A DNA stretch of 64,000 nucleotides, from the NCBI GenBank assembly GCA_947591045.1, contig CANQCV010000001.1, positions 20,556 through 84,555 on the forward strand, given 5' to 3'. The stretch's first letter is position 1. Every line of letters begins with the position of its first letter. Both the position numbers and the translations under genes were made by a program. Below are positions 1 through 6,409 of this stretch, one piece after another. Under the pieces are notes generated by a model. That model saw only the letters and a list, made by a program, of their open reading frames with translations, had not been told where the DNA came from and searched no databases. The DNA is from an uncultured Clostridia bacterium. GTDB lineage: Bacteria; Bacillota; Clostridia; TANB77; CAG-508.

Positions 1-616
1 TTTTTGAATTATATTTAGAATAAGCATCATATTTGCCAATTAGCAACATTATATGTTTTCTTCTGTAAAACTCGTTATTTTCTCTTAACTCTAAAAATTT
101 ATCAATGTCTCTCATTTTTTGACCTAAGTTAACAATTACTACATCTGAAATTTGAATAATGTCTTCAGCAAATTGTGTTGGCATATTTCTGCTTAAATCA
201 ACAAAAACAATATCATAGTAACGGTCAGCCGTTTGTAACACTTCTGCATATTTTTCAGAAACACTTGCATAATCTTTATATTCAGTTGATGTAGGAGATG
301 GAAGTACATCTAATCTATCTCTTAAAATTATTTTTGAGTAGTTTTTTACGATTTCTGGATTAGTCTTATTAGAAGTTAGTACTCTTATTAAGCCTTCAAC
401 TCCAGACTCTATTCCTACAGATGCAGGTTTTACTAAAGCAACATTTGTTTTTTCTTCTTCCCAAAAACATTCTTCTAAAGTTTTATCATTGAAACTTGTT
501 GAAACAACCAAAATTTTATAATTGTGGTCTATTGCCATTTGTGTAGCAACAGCAGCAACTGATAAACTTTGTCCAGTTTCTTTAGTTCCCATACTTTTAA
601 AGGTTATAATTGCCAT
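1..616 (-). CDS. ParA/MinD-fold ATPase-like protein (CpaE/TadZ-like); C-terminus lies outside the window
   Basis: Hand translation from ATG 616..614 gives MAIITFKSMGTKETGQSLSVAAVATQMAIDHNYKILVVS...DIVFVDLS. It has a deviant P-loop-like N-terminus and a Walker-B-like DIVFVD. The stop of the upstream ORF is 2 nt away, consistent with an operon. The frame stays open to the window edge. Confidence 0.4.
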   Translation of the reverse strand, partial: MAIITFKSMGTKETGQSLSVAAVATQMAIDHNYKILVVSTSFNDKTLEECFWEEEKTNVALVKPASVGIESGVEGLIRVLTSNKTNPEIVKNYSKIILRDRLDVLPSPTSTEYKDYASVSEKYAEVLQTADRYYDIVFVDLSRNMPTQFAEDIIQISDVVIVNLGQKMRDIDKFLELRENNEFYRRKHIMLLIGKYDAYSKYNSK

Positions 617-617
617 A

Positions 618-1316
618 CTATACTCCTTTTTCTAATTGTTTAAAAACTTTTTTTATTTCAGAATATTGTTCTCCTCCTAATATTTCTTCCACCATAAATA
701 TCATTGCCTCTTTATATTGGTTACTTAATTTCTTAAATTTTATTTTAGATACTCGTTCATTTTCTGCAATAGTATTTTGGTCTTCTATATTAATTGGAAA
801 ATATATTTTTTCTTCTTCCCATTCTATTTTGTATCCTAATGATAAATAATTTAAGTAATCTTCTTCTTCTTGAGATGCCTCGCTAGAAAAGAATACTCTT
901 GTTAATTTTAAGATTTGTGTTAAACCGCTTAAAATTTCTAACCCTCTTTTTAGTGAATATGTATCAAAAGCAGTGACAAAATAGTTTCTCTCTGCTTCAA
1001 GGATTTTGTAAGATTGTACTGATTCTGTTTTATCTATATCTATTAAAGCAATGTCATAGTCTAATTCATTATTTTGTGGTGTACCTAAATAGCTTTTTAT
1101 TTCTTCCATGCTATCAAAGCCTACTGCGACATCAATTCCCTCAAAGTCTGTTACATATGATGTTGTTGGCTTAATAACTGGAACTACATACTTTGCTTTT
1201 TGATTTACTGTAGAATCAATGACAAGTACTTTATTTCCGAGACTCACAAGTACTTTGGCTATATATATGATTAAATCTGTCTTATCATAACCACCTATAA
1301 ATCCTATATTTTTCAT
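618..1316 (-). CDS. ParA/MinD-fold protein with degenerate Walker A (pilus-assembly-associated)
   Basis: 232-aa ORF. The N-terminus MKNIGFIGGYDKTDLIIYIAKVLVSLGNKVLVIDST resembles a MinD/ParA beta1-P-loop-helix but lacks the GKS/T signature. It is tightly packed between the CpaB-like gene and a second ParA-like gene. Confidence 0.4.
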   Translation of the reverse strand: MKNIGFIGGYDKTDLIIYIAKVLVSLGNKVLVIDSTVNQKAKYVVPVIKPTTSYVTDFEGIDVAVGFDSMEEIKSYLGTPQNNELDYDIALIDIDKTESVQSYKILEAERNYFVTAFDTYSLKRGLEILSGLTQILKLTRVFFSSEASQEEEDYLNYLSLGYKIEWEEEKIYFPINIEDQNTIAENERVSKIKFKKLSNQYKEAMIFMVEEILGGEQYSEIKKVFKQLEKGV

Positions 1317-1332
1317 TTGTTCCTCCGTATTT

Positions 1333-2406
1333 TTATAAACCTAGAGATTCTAGGTATTTTTCTCTTTCCTCTTGTATTCCTTGAATTTCAGATGTTACAC
1401 CTTGTTGTACATTATCGTCTGCATCGTCATTGTTTGTTTCTCTGTTAATTGGATTTCTAATAACCTCTTTTTCTGATGTATCATTATTTCTAATAAACAA
1501 TGCATTTTTTGCTTCGTCTAAACAGTTTGGATCTTTTGACATAAGGGCAATTACTTCGTCAGATGGTAAGTATGTTGTTTCTGCTGCCTCTTGAAGTCCT
1601 GCCTCTACATATTTTGTTGCATATAGTTTAGCTCCATTCATTTTATATGCCTCTATAATTGCACAACTCATATTTAAAATATCTACTTCACCTAATTCTA
1701 ACCATATGCAATTTTCAGAAGAAACGCCATTTATTTCAGGGATAGTTACTTGTTTGTGAGATACTACAATATAGTCTTGTCCATTTGGAAGTCTCAATCT
1801 AACATCTATATATTCTCCTGTTTGTAATTGTGATTGTAATGTAATAACATTATATTCTTGTTTTCTTACATCAGAGCTTAATAGACCACCTCTTGTAACA
1901 AGTGAAGATGTTAGAAGTGTATTTGCTTGTAAATCAACTTTAGCTATAATAGTTTGAGTATCAAGAGTTACAAAAATTTTTGCTCCTGATTGATTTTGAT
2001 AATAATAGTTTCCTGTTTCGTCATCTAATATTAATGTTGGTTTTTCAGTATCAGATATTATTAAAACGAAACTGCCATCTTCTTGAGGTAAAATAGTCCT
2101 TCCTTGTGAATCGCACATAGAATAGTTTGCTACATCAGCTGATGATGCGATTGCATTTGTTGGTACTGCATTTTTGTTAACTTCTACTTGCATCAAATTA
2201 TCTTCTGTAATAATTTGTCCTGATTTTACATCTGTTGCAAGTACATAAGCGTACATTTTCTTTGCCTCTTGTTCCTTTTTTTCTGTATTTAATTTAGATA
2301 ATTGCATCAATAAAACTGCAATTATAACTCCTGTTATTAAAAGTGTAATTACTATTCCCAAAAGAAATGAATTATTTGCTTTTCTTTGCATTGGATTAAT
2401 TGCCAT
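1333..2406 (-). CDS. Flp/Tad pilus assembly protein CpaB/RcpC-like (N-terminal membrane anchor)
   Basis: The ORF track runs to 2484. The likely start is ATG 2406 (MAINPMQRKANN...), preceded by AAGGAGG. There is a single N-terminal TM helix (FLLGIVITLLITGVIIAVLLM) followed by a beta-rich domain, and the context is ParA-like genes. Confidence 0.45.
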   Translation of the reverse strand: MAINPMQRKANNSFLLGIVITLLITGVIIAVLLMQLSKLNTEKKEQEAKKMYAYVLATDVKSGQIITEDNLMQVEVNKNAVPTNAIASSADVANYSMCDSQGRTILPQEDGSFVLIISDTEKPTLILDDETGNYYYQNQSGAKIFVTLDTQTIIAKVDLQANTLLTSSLVTRGGLLSSDVRKQEYNVITLQSQLQTGEYIDVRLRLPNGQDYIVVSHKQVTIPEINGVSSENCIWLELGEVDILNMSCAIIEAYKMNGAKLYATKYVEAGLQEAAETTYLPSDEVIALMSKDPNCLDEAKNALFIRNNDTSEKEVIRNPINRETNNDDADDNVQQGVTSEIQGIQEEREKYLESLGL

Positions 2407-2551
2407 ATATGTATTCCTCCTTAAATTTGACAAAATATCATTAATTATCTTAATTGTACAACAAATAATACAAAAAAACAACAATATTAAGTCTTTGTAA
2501 TTAAAACTTAATATTATTGTAATATAATTGTAATATTTGTCTTCTTGGTAA

Positions 2552-2998
2552 CTACATTCTATTGCATCCGCAATTATTTCTTCTTACTCTTCTAGCATTT
2601 GCGACATTATTTGCATTTGTCAAAACAATAACTGGGTCATTTCCACCATTTGTATTATTAGAAATAAGTGTAGTAGTTCCATTTTCATTTGTAGTAACAA
2701 TTCCATTATTATTATTTTCATTATTACTATCACACATTCTACATCTACATCTTCTTAAATCACATCTTTCAATTAAATTACAAATTAATCTTGTAAGTAC
2801 TGCTGTAACATAAGCAAGTATTGTGTATAAAATAGCAAACACTAAAAAAGACGAATCAAATGCTGCATATGTAACTATAAGCAAAACTGCGAAAAAAGTA
2901 GCTGCCACAAGTAAAGGATTTCTTAATATTTTTTGTAACACTATTGCCAAAAGAATCGTTGCTACTGGTAATGCAAAAGCCAATAATAATATATTCAT
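2552..2998 (-). CDS. hypothetical small membrane protein with Asn-rich and Cys-rich tail
   Basis: 148-aa ORF with 3 predicted TM helices. These are followed by CDLRRCRCRMCDSNNENNNNG and a C-terminal CGC motif. No family recognised. Confidence 0.35.
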   Translation of the reverse strand: MNILLLAFALPVATILLAIVLQKILRNPLLVAATFFAVLLIVTYAAFDSSFLVFAILYTILAYVTAVLTRLICNLIERCDLRRCRCRMCDSNNENNNNGIVTTNENGTTTLISNNTNGGNDPVIVLTNANNVANARRVRRNNCGCNRM

Positions 2999-3130
2999 AA
3001 ATTATCTCCTTTAAATTCTATTTTAATATAATTTATGTATATATATTTTTTGTGTTACAATTATTTATAAAAAATATATTATCATACAAAAAAAACCATG
3101 TTACAAAACATGGTTTTCATTAATAGTATA

Positions 3131-3394
3131 TTATAATTCAATATTATCTATAATTTCTATATCCTTTAATAAGAAATTCTTTACCTTTGTAGCTGTAATA
3201 TCATAGAATAAAAAGTCATGTACTTTTTGACCTGTAATTTCCTGATTCCAAAAATCATGTACATTTTTAAATATCTTTTCTTGCCTTGGTGTTAATTCTA
3301 GTTTAGTATCTGTAATTTTTATTTCTTTAAATAAAACACCCCTTATTTTAGACCAAATATTTACTTCTGAAGGTAATCCTGATTTACTTTCCAT
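3131..3394 (-). CDS. hypothetical protein
   Basis: 87-aa ORF preceded by AAGGAGGAAATAAGAG. It has an internal repeat, NVHDFW / KVHDFL. No family recognised. Confidence 0.35.
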   Translation of the reverse strand: MESKSGLPSEVNIWSKIRGVLFKEIKITDTKLELTPRQEKIFKNVHDFWNQEITGQKVHDFLFYDITATKVKNFLLKDIEIIDNIEL

Positions 3395-3582
3395 CTCTTA
3401 TTTCCTCCTTTGTGTTTCAAAATACTTACTATCAATATACTTATACTACAATTAGTTTGTTTTAGCAAGTGGTTTTACTTTCGTGTTCTACTTTTTAAAT
3501 CAAAATTATCCTTGTAAGTGTTGGTATTTCTGCGTTTTTGGTATTATTACATTTTCATTACATTTATGTTACATTTATATTA

Positions 3583-4137
3583 CTATATTTCCATCTGTTT
3601 TCCTAAAAAGCTTGCTGCTGATTGTACAACTTTTTGTTCTACTTCTGTCATCTTTGTGCCTGCATCTTTTGATAAAAGTATAACACTACCTATTACATCT
3701 CCGTCTGATATAATAGGATATACAACTTGTGAATTAAATCTTTTTTCTTTATTATCATTTTTAGTAATTGGTACAGCTAAATCATTATTTTCCTTGCTTG
3801 TATAGTTTTCTTTATCTTCTAATATCCTTTCTAATTCTTCACTAATGCTTTGTTCTAAATATTCTTTTTTAGATCCACCTGATACGGCAATAACTGTATC
3901 TTTATCTGTAATACAAGCAATATGTCCTGTTGTTTTTGCAAGTGTTTCTGCATATTCTGTTGCAAATTCTGATAATTCTCCTATTGGCGAATATTTTTTA
4001 AGAATTACTTCTCCTTCTTTATCTGTAAATATCTCTAAAGGGTCACCTTCTTTTATTCTTAATGTTTTTCTAATTTCTTTTGGAATAACAACTCTACCTA
4101 AATCATCTATTCTTCTAACTACTCCTGTTGCTTTCAA
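3583..4137 (-). CDS. spoVT: stage V sporulation protein T, AbrB-family transcriptional regulator
   Basis: N-terminus MKATGVVRRIDDLGRVVIPKEIRKTLRIKEGDPLEIF is the SpoVT/AbrB swapped-hairpin domain. The 184-aa length and GAF-like C-terminal part match SpoVT. Confidence 0.85.
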   Translation of the reverse strand: MKATGVVRRIDDLGRVVIPKEIRKTLRIKEGDPLEIFTDKEGEVILKKYSPIGELSEFATEYAETLAKTTGHIACITDKDTVIAVSGGSKKEYLEQSISEELERILEDKENYTSKENNDLAVPITKNDNKEKRFNSQVVYPIISDGDVIGSVILLSKDAGTKMTEVEQKVVQSAASFLGKQMEI

Positions 4138-4378
4138 TTTTCCCCCTCCTTTTAAATCTTATACTTGAAAATATAAACAAATTTGTATTTTCAATTTTTC
4201 ATAACCTTATTATTGTTTATTTTTTCAAGTTTTATTCATTATTTTGTCAAATTTGTAAGAAAAGGGCTTTAATTTTATTTTCAAATTGTTTAAAAACAAA
4301 AAATGAAAAATAAGATATATTAAATTTATATCTTATTTTCATTTTAACAATTTACATTTTTTAAATAGTTTTAATAAA

Positions 4379-5860
4379 TTATTTTACATAAAGCACGACA
4401 CGAAAGCTGACGTAAATAAAGTAACGCGTGATTATATCGGAACCGTGAGCACGCACAACAGGGAAAGTGGCACCATTAATTTCGAAGCCACCACCACGCA
4501 GAACAACGAACATCTGGTTGTCATGAATGTTGTGTCCTGTTGTCCATTCCCACATATTTCCTGCCATATCATATATATTATACAACTTAAAATCATCACT
4601 TGAACCTGTTGCAAGTTCTATATAATTTGTGCCAGTATTTTGTTCTACTTGTCCTTTGGTATATGTTGTAGCTATTGTCCATTTATTATCAATTATTGTA
4701 TGTTTTGCATATAACCCATTTATTTTTCCATAGTTTGGTGCTGTATTACCATAATAATTTCCCCATGATGATGAATCTTTTATATTTTTTCTTCCATCAA
4801 ATATATTTTTACATATATGGTTCCATGCTTGACTATCCACTAAGTAACTTCTTACTCCTACCTCATCACCATCCTTATACATATTTTCTGCTACTAATTT
4901 CGAGTTTGGTTGTGTTATATAATTCCATGCTTGTACCCCTTGTTTACTTACTGGTTTTAATTTTTTTATAGATTCTGTATCTCCATAACTTCCTCTTACT
5001 TTTGCATAATCATTTGCCCATTCTTTTGTAAAAGTATGACTCGCACCTTCTATTGTATAATATCCTAAATTACTATCTTTAATAGAAAATGTTGCATCAC
5101 TTGGAATTCCTGCCTCATATCTTGCTATATAAAATCCTCCATTTTTTTCTATACTTTCAGTTGCTACTTCTATTTGGTCTTCATTTACCCATTTTTCTGT
5201 TGGTAATGTTGGAGTGTTTCCATTATTTTTATATGTGGCATCTAACTTTGTTTTATCTTCTGCTGTATAGTTATCTCTCCAACCATACCCTTGTCCTTTT
5301 TCTCCCTCTGGTGCATTTTCATCACTACTATTATCTCCTTTTGTCTTATATTCGATATTAATACTCCAACTTTCTTTCATTACCGCATGTTTGGCATTTT
5401 CGTATTGCTCCTTTGTACATGGTATCCACACAAATTGATTTCCTTCTTTATCTTCTATTACTATTCCATCATTTACACTTGTTCCTAAATCTGTCCTTAC
5501 AAAAAAGCCCCTTGGTACTACTATTTTATTTCCATATACATCTTCTGCATCTACTGTGCTTTCTAGTACCACATTTGAACTTCCTCCTCCTAATGTATCT
5601 ACTAATGGTAGCCCATGTGGTCCTTTTCCTGTTTCTTTCATCATTTCTTCTAGCATTGTATTTAAGCCCTCTACTTCTTTTTTGCTACTTTCTTCATATG
5701 CATCTCTTGCTTGTTCTGCCTTTTTTATTAAGCCATTTTCTCCTGCTACCATATTTATACTTACTGTGGCTAGTATTATTAATACGATTATGGTTACAAC
5801 AATGGCTATTAGTGTTATTCCCCTTTCTTTTATTTCTGTCATTTGTTTTCTCCCTTTCAT
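4379..5860 (-). CDS. prepilin-like N-terminal anchor fused to an FGE-sulfatase (SUMF1/C-type-lectin-fold) domain protein, paralog 1
   Basis: N-terminus KERGITLIAIVVTIIVLIILATVSI is a prepilin-type hydrophobic segment. The C-terminus carries FGE-family motifs DMAGNMWEWTT, LRGGGF and SFRVVLY. The gene is preceded by AAAGGAGG. Confidence 0.75.
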   Translation of the reverse strand: MKGRKQMTEIKERGITLIAIVVTIIVLIILATVSINMVAGENGLIKKAEQARDAYEESSKKEVEGLNTMLEEMMKETGKGPHGLPLVDTLGGGSSNVVLESTVDAEDVYGNKIVVPRGFFVRTDLGTSVNDGIVIEDKEGNQFVWIPCTKEQYENAKHAVMKESWSINIEYKTKGDNSSDENAPEGEKGQGYGWRDNYTAEDKTKLDATYKNNGNTPTLPTEKWVNEDQIEVATESIEKNGGFYIARYEAGIPSDATFSIKDSNLGYYTIEGASHTFTKEWANDYAKVRGSYGDTESIKKLKPVSKQGVQAWNYITQPNSKLVAENMYKDGDEVGVRSYLVDSQAWNHICKNIFDGRKNIKDSSSWGNYYGNTAPNYGKINGLYAKHTIIDNKWTIATTYTKGQVEQNTGTNYIELATGSSDDFKLYNIYDMAGNMWEWTTGHNIHDNQMFVVLRGGGFEINGATFPVVRAHGSDIITRYFIYVSFRVVLYVK

Positions 5861-5882
5861 TTTTACTTTTCCTCCTTTATCT

Positions 5883-5908
5883 CGGGCGACCGATGGTCAG
5901 CCCCTACA
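5883..5908. repeat. GC-rich palindromic element copy A (CGGGCGACCGATGGTCAGCCCCTACA)
   Basis: 8-bp stem GGGCGACC/GGTC(A)GCCC with one bulged base. On the minus strand it lies directly upstream of the SD of the paralog-1 gene. Confidence 0.8.
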
Positions 5909-5938
5909 TTTAATTTTTTTATTTTTTTCCCTTTTTTT

Positions 5939-5964
5939 CGGGCGACCGATGGTCTGCCCCTACA
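5939..5964. repeat. GC-rich palindromic element copy B (CGGGCGACCGATGGTCTGCCCCTACA)
   Basis: Same element 56 nt from copy A, with one bulged base. Confidence 0.8.
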
Positions 5965-6060
5965 ATAGTTATTTTCTTTTACAATGTAGCCAATAATATT
6001 TTTTGAATAGAAAAAACATTATAATTACATTACACAATTCGTACATTTATAAAAATGCAC

Positions 6061-6102
6061 GCAAAAAAGACAGTCCATTTATTTTCACATAAATAGTCTG
6101 TC
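6061..6102 (-). terminator. intrinsic terminator / attenuator between the leader ORF and pilin-FGE paralog 1
   Basis: Minus-strand hairpin GACAGACTATTTAT-GTGAAA-ATAAATGGACTGTC followed by TTTTTTG. By hand pairing it has 12 Watson-Crick pairs, 1 GU pair and 1 mismatch. Confidence 0.55.
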
Positions 6103-6140
6103 TTTATATATCACAAACAAAGCGATTTTTTCGCTTAACT

Positions 6141-6215
6141 CTATTTTACTAAATTGTAGCTCTCTCTCTCTCTCTCTCTCTCTCTTACAGCCTTAAGGCT
6201 TTTACAGTTTTTCAT
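6141..6215 (-). CDS. leader micro-ORF 1 (24 codons) containing the (AG)13 tract
   Basis: SD AAAGGAG lies 10 nt before ATG 6215. The peptide is MKNCKSLKAVRERERERESYNLVK, ending at stop TAG 6143..6141. It is homologous to leader ORF 2 up to the repeat. Confidence 0.45.
   Translation of the reverse strand: MKNCKSLKAVRERERERESYNLVK
6160..6185. repeat. perfect dinucleotide microsatellite (CT)13 on plus, (AG)13 on minus
   Basis: Counted by hand at 26 nt. It lies inside leader ORF 1. Confidence 0.95.
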
Positions 6216-6244
6216 TTGTACTTTTCTCCTTTAAATTTATATTA

Positions 6245-6284
6245 CGGGCGACCAATGGTCGCCCCTGCATCACATATTTGTGAT
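6245..6284. repeat. GC-rich palindromic element copy C (perfect stem) plus adjacent ATCACA-N4-TGTGAT palindrome
   Basis: CGGGCGACCAATGGTCGCCCCTGCA at 6245..6269, followed by ATCACATATTTGTGAT at 6269..6284. Confidence 0.8.
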
Positions 6285-6339
6285 TGGTAACCCATTGTTT
6301 GTATTTTTCTATTTTTTTATTATTTCTATAATTATATAT

Positions 6340-6370
6340 TTATATTATAATTATACTTATTATTTGTCAA
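6340..6370 (-). promoter_or_regulatory. possible sigma-A promoter for leader 1
   Basis: Minus-strand TTGACA (6370..6365) followed by TATAAT at a 15-nt spacer, or TAATAT at 17 nt. The spacing is imperfect. Confidence 0.3.
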
Positions 6371-6409
6371 GATATTATTTATAACTTTTATATTAACATA
6401 TTATATTTT

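Noticed and set aside
5413-5996. Plus-strand ORFs 5413..5913 and 5556..5996 (and 49246..50040 at the second locus) that translate through the GC palindromes (GRPMV...) and the CT repeat (SLSLSL...)
   Set aside because: These are antisense shadows of the minus-strand pilin/FGE genes and leaders. They have a low-complexity Leu/Phe/Ser-rich composition, no SD, and they run across regulatory repeats.
5883-6269. The repeated GC-rich palindrome as a small CRISPR array
   Set aside because: There are only three copies, with irregular spacing (about 56 and 306 nt). One interval contains an SD-led ORF and a terminator. No cas genes are present, and the same element recurs at the paralogous leader.
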